Part shown: in pieces, positions 39,572 to 52,752 of the stretch
Layout of the letters: each line of letters opens with the position of its first letter
Position numbering within the stretch: the stretch's first letter is position 1
Assembly: GCA_951406725.2 (NCBI GenBank)
Contig: OX597817.1
Coordinates: 75,330,001 to 75,394,000 of the forward strand
Length of the DNA: 64,000 nt
Source: Octopus vulgaris
Lineage: Eukaryota
Direction: 5' to 3'
Notes under the pieces: model-generated
What the model was told of the DNA's origin: nothing
Database searches by the model: none
What the model saw: the letters and a program-made list of their open reading frames with translations, nothing else
Translations under genes and position numbers: made by a program

Positions 39572-39870
39572 GTGAAGGCGCATTGCTCAGTGGTTAGAGC
39601 GTCGAGCTTACGATCGTGAGGGTGTGAATTCGAATCCCGGACGGGTTACATGTTGTGTTCTTGAGCAAGACACTTTATTTCACGTTGCTCAAGTTCACTG
39701 GAGTTGCGACGTCACAAGTGCCAAGCTGTATCAGCCTTTACCTTTCCCTTGGATAACACTGGTGGCGTGGAGAGGGGAGGCCGGTATGCATGGGCGACTG
39801 CTGGTCTTCCAGAAACAACCATGCTCGGACTTGTGCAATCCCATGGTCAGTCATGATCGAAGGGGGTCTC
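39572..39870 (+). mobile_element. tRNA-derived SINE (second family); related heads at 49300-49540 (-) and 54578-54830 (+)
   Basis: A-box-like tgctcagtggttagagc, B-box-like gaattcgaatccc, then ttcttgagcaagacactttatttcac. Confidence 0.8.
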
Positions 39871-40299
39871 AGCAGCAACTATGAGACTGAAGCTTTTTGG
39901 GTGCTATCAGTTCGAATTGGGACATTGAAGAACCAAATTGGCAAATATAAACGTCGATACTAAGATGGCGTTATTGGACACATAGAAATCGAAAAAGTCA
40001 GCCTCTTTCTAATGAAAAACAATATAAGAAGTTATAGGAGCAACAGTTAATCTCGACATGTCAGTAGACACTTGATGAGGCAAGATCATGGCGAAGGCCA
40101 GCAACGTTGATCACTGGACCCACGGATTGGTCAAGTTACATCAGGTATAGTTCGGTAATTCTCGGTCAGAAGGGAATTAAGAGGAAGCTAACCCTGAAAC
40201 GCCGAGCGGAGATGGCGAACTCTCCACTTTTTATCTAACTAGATTGGGGTGTCATGGAAGACGCAAAAGAGTAGACCGTCTATTCTGCACACACCTGTG

Positions 40300-42475
40300 C
40301 AGAGGTGGGGAAACGGTATACAGTAGATGACGATGCACAGACATACGTTGAAATTGCGGTATGCACAAGGATTCTTTGTGAATAGTGAACAGGTGAGCTG
40401 CTCTTTGTTAGGTTCGCTGGTTATATTGCCATAGCTTGTCTTTTCCATGCAGCTGCAGTGATTGATCAAGCGAAGGTCGAGGCTAAGCACTTGGCATCTA
40501 GAATATTGGCAAGCAGCCACGACCCTCTGCCAGTCGAGTAATATATCGGAAGATTCTCTATCTGAGGATAAGCGGCGGGGAAGACAGTGGATGCTTTCTA
40601 GGCAACTTTGGGCGTTAACGAATATCAACTGACTAGTTTGCTTTAGAAGACTTTCGGTTCGGGGACGATGGATAACTTCCAGAAATCCCTGGTCTTGCAG
40701 TGCTACCGGGAGAGGAAGAATCATTCCCAGTTCGAGATGACTCTTTATGCAGGAAATTTCCTCAAATGCATATTCCTGAGATGTACACAGAAACTGTTTT
40801 GCACTCAGATGTTCGGTGTCTGAGTATTGCTGACTTATGAATTTTTGTCAAATATTGCTGAAACGTGGATGATAGGTCTGGATACAGAGCGGGTCCAACG
40901 TGAAAATCGCACTCCAGTCTTCCTTTGACCAGAAGGAGGAGGTAGTTTTCTTTGTTCAGTTGGCTACGAAAAACTAGGTTGCCCTTTGGATACAAATGCA
41001 AGAATTGAAAACAGACATTTTCCTCCATTGCCAATTCTTCATCGACTTTTTCAAGTTTCACTTTGAGCAAAGGTCGAGATTGGAGAAGTTGTCTTGCTCT
41101 TAGTAAATTTATTGAAAAATGGCAAGCGTTGCTCTAATAAGCCAACAACTGTGGATCGGAAAAGGACAATAGGGCGATGGAACTTGCTTCTGGTATCTAG
41201 GGTATTCCTGAATCTGTGGGGTTCTCTAAATGGTCCTCGATGGCTGTCGCCCCTATTTGTGACTTTTCCTTCTCGTTATTTTGTTTTTAAGTATTATATT
41301 TTATTTTTCATTGTGCAAGCATGCGCTATCCCAAACAGACCGGTGAACGATAACCTCCACCTCATGTGATGCATAATAGAAAAGTTGGATAACGAATCTA
41401 GCATGGGTAGATCAATTTTGATCAATCGAAAGCCTTCCATTGGGTTGTCCACCAGTACTTGACGGCTGTTCTTATAGCAGCCAGTTTCGGTTCTGTATTC
41501 GCGGTTAGATAGCCGCAATGTACAACATCTACTCGAATCATTCAGTATCATGCATTCGATCTGTCAAGATTTCTCCTCTCGTCTCTGCTATGTACTGACT
41601 CTTGAGCCACTACTGCAGAAATTACAGACGTTGTGGTACATCCCAAGTGAATTAGATGCGGAAGATCCGTGTCGGCATACTTGAACGACATCACAGTCAT
41701 AATGTCGGACATCAGGCATTTCGAGGTGATCCGCACTGCTCTAAATGAATATGGGATGGTGACAAGAGCAAAAATCAATCACTAAAATCAGTGGGCCTAC
41801 TGCTTGGCATCTGGAGAGGGAGATCTATGCTGTCCAGCAAGGTCGTAAAGACGGTTAAATTGTTTAGGCCTTAGTTTGGTCCAGATTTCCAAATGAAAAA
41901 CTGGGACATGACGGCGAATCTCACTCAGAATTAGGCCAAGAGGAAGTTACCCTGAAAGGTTGGAACGAGGTGATGAACGCTTATATTGCCTCCGTCATAT
42001 ATTATCACCTGGCTGTCGTGCCTTGCCTCAGTTCACGTCTAACTTGATTGCAGTGCCAGCTCTTCCACTTTCTATGGATTGGACACGTTTCATTTGTCAA
42101 GCACCCCGTCTGCTGCCAACTTTCGCTGAGTGGAGGACCGGACATACCGTGGCTAATAATGTTCAGGTATGCACTGAGGCTGCTACATCTTTTGAAATTC
42201 CTTGACGGTGAACATGTGTGGTCGCAATTTATCAGACGAGTATTTCCACAGCTCGTCTTTTTGCCAGAACTGTAGTCCTGGATCAAACCAAGTCTAAGAC
42301 AGGGAGCTTGGCATCTAGAATGTAGTCAAGCACTAACAGCCCTCTAGCAGTTGAGCAATGCGGTCGGTGGAAGTTCCATCATGGCGTTTATTGTTCATTA
42401 GTGGTTAGAGCGACGGCGAAAATAAACTAGCTAGGTTGTTTCAGAGGACTTTCAGACCGTGGCCCATGGATAATT
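40300..42475. pseudogene. Fragmented, rearranged Tx1/L1-like LINE
   Basis: The plus strand 41310-42475 encodes QACAIPNRPVNDNLHLM.., DQSKAF..VVHQYL and SAYLNDITVI..AKINH*, with stops and frameshifts. 40480-40680 resembles 42300-42475, and 40740-41090 looks like an inverted C-terminal piece. Confidence 0.7.
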
Positions 42476-42651
42476 TGGGCAATAAATTAGATTCAACAGT
42501 AAAAGATTAAACAGTCTCCTCTATTTATATAACTCCTAGAATTAAGAATTTTAATAATTACATAAATCTACCTAGATTTAATAACCAGGATAGTAACACT
42601 TCTTAATATGACAGTAAATATCAATCCTACTTAAAATATACAATCAAGTAA

Positions 42652-43040
42652 ATGAACTCTGCAACTGTAGAAATAAATCCTTGTTTCCATTTGATGGATA
42701 TTGCTTTAGTAAGTGAACTTGGGAACACTTATGTATATATTGGGGCTACCTCAAATAATTTTAAATGTAAATATTACAATCACACTTGCAGCTCTAGGGA
42801 TAGGAGTAAAGCTAATTTTATATCGTTAGCTAATTTTCTACGGATGCTTGCTGGTAAAGAGATTGAGTAAGAAATTACTTGGTCTGTTATAAGCAAAGCA
42901 CAACCCTATAGTGTTAGTAATGATATCTATAATTTTAATACACCTGAAATCTATGAAATAATTAGGTGTAAATCAACTCTCATTAATGAACGTGATGATG
43001 TAATAATATGATGTCCACACATGTACCATATGTCCTTTCT
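42652..43040 (+). pseudogene. Decayed Penelope-type GIY-YIG endonuclease
   Basis: YVYIGATSNNFKCKYYNH..SLANFL..*EITWSVISKAQPY..LINER..CPH, homologous to 36707-37339. Confidence 0.75.
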
Positions 43041-43246
43041 AGACAAGACTAAAATTTAACCTTTTAGCTTCTACCTAAATGCATTATTAATGTTACTATT
43101 ACTAGTTATTCTCTGTAGGTTTTCTCTCTCTAATTAGTCCGGAATGGGTTGATTTTGATTAGGAATTCAGCATTACTACACAGAGATAGTAGTAAGTATA
43201 TATTTAATCTATGAATTAATTAACTGTAAAGCTTTTCTCATTAACT

Positions 43247-43430
43247 ACTCTTTTACTTGTTTCAGTCATTTGACTGTGGCCATGCTGGAGCACCGCCTTT
43301 AGTCGAGCAAATCGACCCCAGAACTTATTCTTTGTAAGCCTAGTACTTATTCTATCGGTCTATTTTGCCGAACCCCTAAGCTACGGGGATGTAAACACAC
43401 CAGCATCGGTTATCAAGCGATGTTGGGGGG

Positions 43431-43491
<61 letters not shown>

Positions 43492-43668
43492 CATACATAT
43501 ATATATGACAGGCTTCTTTCAGTTTCCGCCTACCAAATCCACTCACAAGGCTTTGGTCGGCCCGAGGCTATAGTAGAAGATACTTGCCCAAGGTGCCACG
43601 CAGTGGGACTGAACCCGGAACCATGTGGTTGGTAAGCAAGCTACTTACCACACAGCCACTCCTGCGTC
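43247..43668 (-). mobile_element. tRNA-derived SINE with an internal (CA)n
   Basis: Full-length reverse complement of the 47328-47829 family. Confidence 0.88.
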
Positions 43669-43957
43669 TAGTTAACAATATCCACAAATGTACTGCTGGT
43701 CTTCCCCATATTGTACCCAGAATTAAACTATTAGCGTGAACTTTCGCACACTGATAATACTATCAGTTAACTCTTAAACGTAGAACCTTTAATTAGTTTA
43801 TTTCTACATTATGCTCCCCAAATTTTAGCTTGTCGTTTCCATTCACGTAATATGTAATCTTAACCACAGTATAGTGTATCTCAATTTTCAGGATTGATAA
43901 TGGGAAAGCTTGATAGAGTATGACTTGATGTGTGTATGTTTGTAAATATCGTCTATT

Positions 43958-44014
<57 letters not shown>

Positions 44015-44049
44015 ATATATATATATATATGTGTGTGTGTATATATATG

Positions 44050-44117
<68 letters not shown>

Positions 44118-44196
44118 GTAGGGAATATAATTCCAAACTTACAGGGAAAAATTCAATTTAGCAATTCCAAATCAAATTTCACAATATAAAATATAT

Positions 44197-44413
44197 GTAT
44201 ATAATTAAGAGAAATAACCTCTATTAAGTAATTCAAGAGTGAAAGACATTATCTGTATCATATAGAAAAAATTTAAATAGTCGATTTAATGTTTATCTAA
44301 TTTAGTGATTTTTTGAATAATATTTATTATAGTATATTTAATTTTTTTCTATATGATATGGATGTCTTTCACTATTGAATTACTTAATAGAGTTATTTCT
44401 CTTAATTATATAC
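44197..44413. repeat. ~80-bp inverted repeat with a ~55-bp spacer
   Basis: gtatataattaagagaaataac..gaaagacat..catatagaaaaaa pairs with ttttttctatatg..atgtctttc..gttatttctcttaattatatac. Confidence 0.8.
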
Positions 44414-45010
44414 CTACATACATACATACATAAATATATGTATGCACGCGTGTGAATATGTATGCGTGTATGTATACACAAATTATGGTATAGACTGATT
44501 TGGTTACTTAAACAAAATTATGAGATTCTACTATTTATGAAATTACTATTTGAATTAATATTTTGTGTGCGCGAGTTGGTGTATGTATATGTGCACGTGC
44601 GTGTGTGTGAGTGCATGTGTGTGCGTGCGTGTGTGTGTGTGAGTGAGTGAGAGAGAGAGCATGTGTACGTGAATGTATGCGTATGAACATCTCTGAGAAA
44701 ATTCATATGAGGTGTATGCGCGTGGTTTTTGTGATTTTATCGTGTTCTTTTCTCTGACTTCGTTTTTACCTATTTGTCCTCGCTCCCTTACTGCACTCCA
44801 TATATAGTAATTCTAGTATTTGTTAAGAGTGAAATGTAGTGGATTTCCATATTTATATAATGAAACTAATTGCTATTTATTACAGAGTCTGGTGTTTTAA
44901 GTTGCCATTATGTTCTGATATGTTGTTTGTTTGTTATGGTAACTACACACGAATTGTTGGCAATTCTTTTCCTCTGTCTTCCTTTTCTTTTAGACTTTCC
45001 TCTGTCTCCT

Positions 45011-45045
45011 GTTTCTGAAGAAGAGCTTTGCTCGAAACGTAAAAC
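45011..45045 (+). ncRNA. Minimal type I hammerhead ribozyme motif in a pseudo-LTR-like repeat (~44750-45150)
   Basis: GUUU-CUGAAGA-A-GAGC/UUU/GCUC-GAA-AC/GU-A-AAAC. The palindromic ACGU stem III is typical of PLE minimal hammerheads, and the repeat ends in (TA)n. Confidence 0.7.
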
Positions 45046-45166
45046 TAACTTTCTTTCCTTCCCTGAGCGTCTGTTAATACTTTGCATGTACCATGTCCTC
45101 GCGTTGTTGTTTTTTTTTCTTCTTCTTGGGTTTTTCATTTTTTTGATTAATTATATATATATATAA

Positions 45167-45224
<58 letters not shown>

Positions 45225-45229
<5 letters not shown>

Positions 45230-45758
45230 GAAAAAATGCATTGTAAATAAACATACGACAGGTACAAAACGTATAACATACTGAGCGTACAACAGGACGG
45301 GAGACAGACAAAGAAGTTCCGTAATTCTTCATCAGTTATTAACCAAATGGTATTACTCAGTTTTGCACCACCAACGATAAGACTGAGAACTTCCCATGCT
45401 TTCGTTCCCCGCGAAAGTTGCGGAGAATATAGGGCCGAGAGAAAACAAAACATGGATAACAAGCATAGATAACAGAGTGGACATACGAAAGTGAATTAAT
45501 GTAATTTAAGACGATGGACGAAGACGAAATAAATAAGAAACGAGCAAAATATAGCTTTAAGGCCAGAAAGACAAAAATGGTGGGTAACGCTTAGAAGGCA
45601 TCCTAAAGCATAAGAAAACAAAAAAAAAAAAATTGCATGACGTGCCAGTGGGACACAGAGAATTTAGGACCGGTCAGCTCAGCTACGCAACCGGTGTGAA
45701 AACGGGAGAGAAAGAAAGGCTGGCCACGGGTCACGTGTTAGCAGCAGGCAGAGGAGAA

Positions 45759-45818
<60 letters not shown>

Positions 45819-46503
45819 GGGAAGGGATGAAGGTAGAAAAATGAGAAAGGGGAAAGGCTAGAAATAGAAGTAAGAAGACGAGAGAGAGAAAAGAAGGGAA
45901 AAGAGTTAAGGCTAGAAATAGAGTCACACGGGTATATAATACTGTCTGTTAATAAAGCCGGTGTACGTTGCGTTCCGTTACTTAATAAATGAAAAAAAAA
46001 ACGTATTGTAAATAAACATACAAGTAAAAAAGATATAATGTATACTGAGTGTATAACCGGACGGGAGATCGACACAGAAGGTCCCTAATTCTTCATCAGT
46101 TATCAACCAGATGGTATTACTCAGTTTTGCACTACCAATGATAATACTGAGAACTTCCCATGCTTGCGGTGCCCGCGAAAGTTGCGGAGAATATAGGGCA
46201 GAGAGAAAACAAAACATGGATAACAAGCATAGATAACAGAGTGGATATACGAAACTGAATAAATGAAATTAAAGACGATGGACAAAGACGAAATAAATAA
46301 GAAACGAGCAAAATATAGCTTCAGGGACAAAAAGTCAAGAATGGTGGGTAACGCTTAGAAGGCATCCTAAAAGATTAGAAAACAACAAATAGCAAGACAT
46401 GTGCCCCTATTTATTTCGTCTATGTCCATCATCTTAAATTACCTTTATTCATTTTCGCACTCTTTAATGCTTGTTATCCATGTTTTGTTTGCTCTCGGCC
46501 CTA
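45225..46503 (-). mobile_element. Two diverged ~400-bp direct repeats plus an inverted partial third copy (pseudo-LTR-like)
   Basis: 45225-45620 resembles 45986-46385, and 46407-46503 is an inverted part. The array abuts (TA)n, and each copy has CUGAUGA on the minus strand. Confidence 0.7.
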
Positions 46504-47327
46504 AAAGGGGAATTCTTTACTTGTCTATCTAACAAATAAAACTCTGTAATTCCTATTGGCAAATGAAACATGTGTAATGGTAAAAAAAATGTTATAAAAA
46601 TATTTTTTCACCTTCCTGTTTTGTTATACAATAACTCTGCTAATAATGTTTCCATAATTTTCAACTTTATTATGTATTTCGTTCTAATACACAGCTGCAA
46701 CTGAAACCAGATGTTGGATTGTAATAATGGAATAAGCAGATGTGCTCCAAGAAGAAACAGCTGGAATTTACCCTATCCACACACACACACACAGGCATGC
46801 CCTCCGACATGCACCCAGAGAATAACTCACTTACCTAAACCTTTGCTCTACAATATGTTATGAAAATGTTCTCTTTCATTTACTTATTGATCGGAAATTT
46901 ACTTACGAATACCTTATATCGATTAAGAAGTACCATTTTCGCTTAAATTATTGTTTTAATGTCAGAATGTAACAACTGACTTAAGTAGCAGGAAAATTTC
47001 CCAATGTATAGAATGGATTCTCAATTGTTATATCGAAGCTATTCTTGAATGAGAAAGCTATATCTTTTAAAGGCAGTTGATTCCAATTACTCATTATGTA
47101 AACAGGCATTAATTAAAAGTTTGTTACATAAGATCTTAAATTGCAGTGAAGTTCACAACGTTAAGCTATCATATAATGAAAGGGTCTTAAGCTGGGAGAC
47201 AGATTACGGGGTATCAAAACAAAGGCATAAATAGTTTTAGTGGTGTATTTAAATGGAGAAGTAAGTTGAGAAATTTTGTTGCATTAGTGAAGGCGTAGGC
47301 GTAGGTTAAGAAGTTTGTTTTGCAACC

Positions 47328-47544
47328 ATGCACAGGAGTGACTATGTGGTAAGAAGCTTGCTTTCCAGCCACATGGTTCCGAGTTCAGTCCCACTGCGTG
47401 GTACCTTGGGCAAGTGTCTTCTACTATAGCCTCGGCCTGACCAAATCTTTGTGAGTGAATTTGGTAGACGGAAACTGAAAGAAACCCGTCGTATGTATGT
47501 ATGTATGTATGTATGTATGTATGTATGTGTGTATGTATGTATGT

Positions 47545-47634
<90 letters not shown>

Positions 47635-47829
47635 TTGTGTGCGTGTGTGTCTGTGTTTACCACCATCGCCACTTGACAACCGACGGTGGTGTGTTTACGT
47701 CCCCGTAACTTAGCGGTTCGGCAAAAGAGACCGATAGAATAAGTCCTGGGGGTCGATTTGCTCGACTAAAGGCGGTGCTCCAGCATGGCCACGATCAAAT
47801 GACTGAAACAAGTAAAAGAGTAAAAGAGT
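47328..47829 (+). mobile_element. tRNA-derived SINE with an expanded internal microsatellite
   Basis: gtggtaagaagcttgc..ggttccgagttcagtcccactgcg head; (tatg)n(ct)n(ta)n interior; gtaaaagagtaaaagagta tail. Confidence 0.88.
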
Positions 47830-48180
47830 ATTCTATCTATTATTTGTTACCAACATCAACTGGTTGACAGTTCTAGGGTAGAACTCTCTATATATAAACA
47901 TATAAGCCATAAAAATTTCAGGAGATTATGGGAGGTGAATATATTTATTTAACTACATGATATCTTTAGGATTACTGCCGTTTCACAGCCTTCTCCATTT
48001 ACTATACACTAAATAATTTCAGTGTATAATAAATTATGTTTATATGTCTACATTAACATGCAAGCTACGCATTATACAATACAAGTGCATGTTCACAAAT
48101 GAATGCGGATATAGGAAGCTAGTACATCAAATTACCAGAACGCCATAAGTTGAACTAACGATTCAACTCTAAGTATACAT

Positions 48181-48250
<70 letters not shown>

Positions 48251-48251
<1 letters not shown>

Positions 48252-48648
48252 CTCTTTTTACTCTTTTACTTATTTCAGTCATTTGACTGCGGCCATGCTG
48301 GAGCACTGCCATTTAGTCGAGCAAATCGACCCCAGGACTTATTCTTTGTAAGCCTAGTACTTATTCTATCGTACACTTTTGCCGAACCGCTAAATACACC
48401 AGCATCGGTTGTCTTGCGATGTTGGGGGGACAAACGCAGACACACAAACATATACACGAACACACACATACATATACATATATACGACGGGCTTCTTTCA
48501 GTTTCCGTCTACCAAATCCACTCACAAGGCTTTGGTCTGCCCAAGGCTATAGTAGAAGACACTTGCCCAAGGTGCCACGCAGTGGGAATGAACCCGGAAC
48601 CATGTTGTTCGTAAGCAAGCTATTTACCACACAGCCACTCCTACGCCT
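48251..48648 (-). mobile_element. tRNA-derived SINE
   Basis: Inverted copy of the 47328-47829 family. Confidence 0.88.
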
Positions 48649-48669
48649 ATATATATATGCACACACACA

Positions 48670-48719
<50 letters not shown>

Positions 48720-50067
48720 GAATGGTAAACCGAGGTTAGGGTAAAATTAGCTTGTTATGGTTAGTAAAAATAAAGACATGTAGTTTCATATCAATTAAGG
48801 TGCTCGATCTAAGTTCAAGGAATTCTCCATCCTTAATGTTAACAAAACAGGAAGGGGTAAAAGGAGGAAGTAAAGTAGTTAAAACATATACAAAAAAAAA
48901 AAGAAAAAGAAAAGAAAAAAAGCTTTAAAAGGTATAAGAAAGTATATATAAAAATATAGTATAAATAGATTAAATAGAGAAGAGATAGCTGAAAATATAA
49001 AGATTAAAGTAAGAATTAGTATTGAACAACAGTATTTTCGAATAGGGTTACGCGGTCAAAAGACTACTTATAAAAACTTATGGACCTCAATTTTAATCGC
49101 ATTTTCTAATCAGAGCTCAAAATACTTTCTAGCTCAATGAACTTTAGTGAAACCAAAGCCCGCATCTACATAGAAGCACACGCACAGGAGCATTAACATA
49201 CTAAAACAACAAACAACCAGTCATACATGTGGTTAAATAAATATATTCATCTCTCATAGCTCCTGACTTTTTATAGTTTATGTATTTTTTTTTCGCCCTT
49301 TTAAAGCTTAACCAGGCTCATGGGCCCGGTTTCCCTGTTTCAATGTAGTATGTGTTCCCCAGCTGGACGGGACGCCAGTCCATTACAGCGTTACTAATTT
49401 TTGCTAGCTAAGTGGACTGGAGCAACGTGAAATGAAGTGTTTTGGTCAAGAACGCAACGCGTCGCTCGGTCCAGGAATCGAAACCGCAATCTTACGATCA
49501 TGATGCTGACACCCTAACCACTACGCCACGCGCCTCCACAGTTTATGTATTCCTCATGAATTAATTTTAGTGATCAGATCTTTTGGATTTTAAGCTGCAT
49601 GGAACTCTGCATTGTTCCATGTAGACTGTTAGCCGAGTCCTTTAGAGGAGCTTTCTCTGAGAGTCATACGATTCTATGAATTCATATATTACACTACACT
49701 ACATCACACACATACGCGCGCGCGTGCGTGTATGTATACGTACATATACACATATATGTGTGTCTGTATGTGCGTAACTTTGTGTTTGTGCTACCACTGC
49801 TTGACAACCAGTGTTGGATTGTTTACGTCCCAATGTCTCAGTAAGATGGCGGTTCGGCAAACCAGAGTGACAGCACAAGTACCAGACTTTAAAAGAGTAC
49901 TGAGATCGATCCATTCGAATAAAACCATCAAGGCATTGCTCCAGCATGGACACAGCCAAATGATTGAAATATGTAAAAGAGTAAATAACTTTTGTTTTTG
50001 TTTAGCTATATCACCAAAAGATGATGAAAGACAGTAAATAATAATAATGATGTGGATGATGATGATG

Positions 50068-50125
<58 letters not shown>

Positions 50126-50283
50126 TAATTCTTAAACATTCACTAGTACAACACTAAGTACAAAACCAAATATATGGCACCCTAGGCATAACACCAACAG
50201 GAACTTCCAGCTTGTTGTCTCTTGAGGTCTCTGGGTGAGACTTGGAGCCAATTTGTACAAATGTAAAGCAAAAGTCAAATATA

Positions 50284-50338
<55 letters not shown>

Positions 50339-50464
50339 CACAGCACATACCCAAGGCACAGAGCTGCGCTCGGTACTGAAGTGAAAGCACAATATAAAAA
50401 AAAAAACACTGAATAATAATAATTCTTTATTTCTTAACCTTGGTTGTGTATTCTAAATTGACTA

Positions 50465-51180
50465 ATTGACACTCTATCGGTTACGATGAGGGTTCCAGTT
50501 GATCCGATCAACGAAACAGTATATTCATGAAAATCACGTGCAAGAGGCTGAGTACTTCGCAATCACGCATACCATTAACGCACTTCTAAGGGAGATTCAA
50601 CGTGACACAGAGTGTGACAAGTCTAGCCCTTTGAAATACAGGTACTACTCACTTTTTTGTCAGCTGAGTGGACTGGAGCAACGTGAAATAAAGTGTCTTG
50701 CCCAAGAAGACAATATGCCGCCAGGTATTGAACTCACTACCTTACGATCGTGAGCCCAATACCCTAACCATGGAGGCGCAATGGCCCAGTGGTTAGGGCA
50801 GCGGACTCGCGGTCATAGGATCGCGGTTTCGATTTCCAGACTGGGTGTTGTGAGTGTTTATTGAGCGAAAACACCTAAAAAAGCTCCACGAGGCTCCGGC
50901 AGGGGATGGTGGTGATCCCTGCTGTACTCTTTCACCACAACTTTCTCTCACTCTTACTTCCTGTTCCTGTTTCAATGGGCCGGCCTTGTCACTCTCTGTG
51001 TCACGCTGAATATCCCCGAGAACTACGTTAAGGGTGCACGTGTCTGTGGAGTGTTCAGCAACTTACACGTTAATTTCACGAGCAGGCTGTTCCGTTGATT
51101 CGGATCAACCGGAACCCTCATCGTCGTAACCGACGGAGTGCTTCCCCAATACCCTAACCGCTTAGACACGCTTCTTCACT
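50465..51180. mobile_element. SINE (+, 50770-51144) nested in a related SINE (-), with a 15-bp TSD
   Basis: The TSD cccaataccctaacc is at 50755-50769 and 51145-51159. The insert has a tRNA-like head (tggcccagtggttaggg..ggtttcgatt), and both elements share the 3' region. Confidence 0.85.
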
Positions 51181-51588
51181 ATATTCGAAATCACACTACA
51201 CTAATTCACTGTTGAGCTTCAAATGCAAACTCAGTATATTAATTGATCTGAAGGTTACGTCCACTCGAAAAACAATAGGTTTTAACTTAGTTCAAGCATA
51301 AATTATTAAAAGCATAATTAAAATTAAATATGTAAATATGCACTAAGAAGAAAGAGGGTGATTGGTTTATTGTGATCAAACGACTGAGATGTACATTAGC
51401 TCATTCCCTCAATCAGATCGATATTGCTGTACAAGTGCAGTGAGTGCAATACGTCAGATGTCGAGATGATCGCAGAGCAACGTGAAAAGAAGTGTTTTCC
51501 TCAATAACAACGCAAAGCCTGGTCCAGGAATGGAAACTTCGGCCTTGTGTGAAACATCCTAACTACTAGGCCATGCGCCCTTACCACC

Positions 51589-51637
<49 letters not shown>

Positions 51638-51793
51638 AATACAAATAAATAAATATATATATATATATATATATATGGTTCCGAGTTCAGTCCCACTGCA
51701 TGACACCTTGGGCAAATGTCTTCAACTATAACCCCGTGCCGACCAAAGATGCGACAGTGGATTTGGTTGACGGAAACTGAAAGAAGCCTGTCG

Positions 51794-51825
<32 letters not shown>

Positions 51826-52204
51826 TGAGAATGTGTCTCTATGTGTGCATCACTATAAGTCGAGAACTACCCAACCGCTTTCATTCAAATTTTACACATG
51901 CCTTACTTAAGGTTCATGCAGTGTCATGGACCAAAAAATTGTTCAACTTCTTGCCTAATGCGAGCTCAGAGCAATCACATATCTCTTAGACTGTTTCAGT
52001 ATTACGCGTCAAAAGTGAAACAATAACATCTCTATAGCAATGTGAGATTATTACTTCCACTTTTAATAGGTTTCACTATTAATACTTTCACTTTGTATAT
52101 ATATATATATAACTTTCATTTCTATTAGGTTCACTATGTATTTACATACTTGTTTGTACACATACATGCATACATACATACATATATATATATATATAAG
52201 TATG

Positions 52205-52275
<71 letters not shown>

Positions 52276-52281
<6 letters not shown>

Positions 52282-52670
52282 TATATAGAAGGAGCTTCTA
52301 CAGGACTAGAACTGTTTCATTCAAGAGAAATCATCAGGAAGCTAGTTAACAAGAATTGTATTGGCATTTATACATTTAGGCAGGTTTAAAGGGGTGGTGG
52401 TGGGGGACTTTTTGGGGGTAGGCATAGCGCAAAAATATGATATTTTTGCGCTATGCCTACCCCCAAAAAGTGCCCCACCACCACCCCTTTAAACCTGCCT
52501 AAATGTATAAATGCCAATACAATTCTTGTTAACTAGCTTCCTGATGATTTCTCTTGAATGAAACAGTTCTAGTCCTGTAGAAGCTCCTTCTATATAATAA
52601 ATTAATTTTACTCTGCTATGTATTGAGTACCTTATTTACTGTGGTTAACCCCGAATCAACCCGGGACCTA
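52276..52670. mobile_element. Near-perfect 2x163-bp palindrome plus tail, in (TA)n
   Basis: The arms are 52276-52438 and 52440-52602 with a 1-nt centre; the tail is 52603-52670. Confidence 0.92.
52535..52585 (+). ncRNA. Type I hammerhead ribozyme (mirror copy at 52293-52343, minus)
   Basis: Stem I AGCUUC/GAAGCU; CUGAUGA; stem II (U)UUC-UCUU-GAA(U); GAA; stem III ACAG/CUGU; GUA cleavage triplet ending at 52579. Confidence 0.8.
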
Positions 52671-52672
52671 CA

Positions 52673-52752
<80 letters not shown>

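Noticed and set aside
39572-39650. tRNA gene
   Set aside because: A/B-box-like motifs are present, but there is no complete cloverleaf and the sequence continues into a SINE body.
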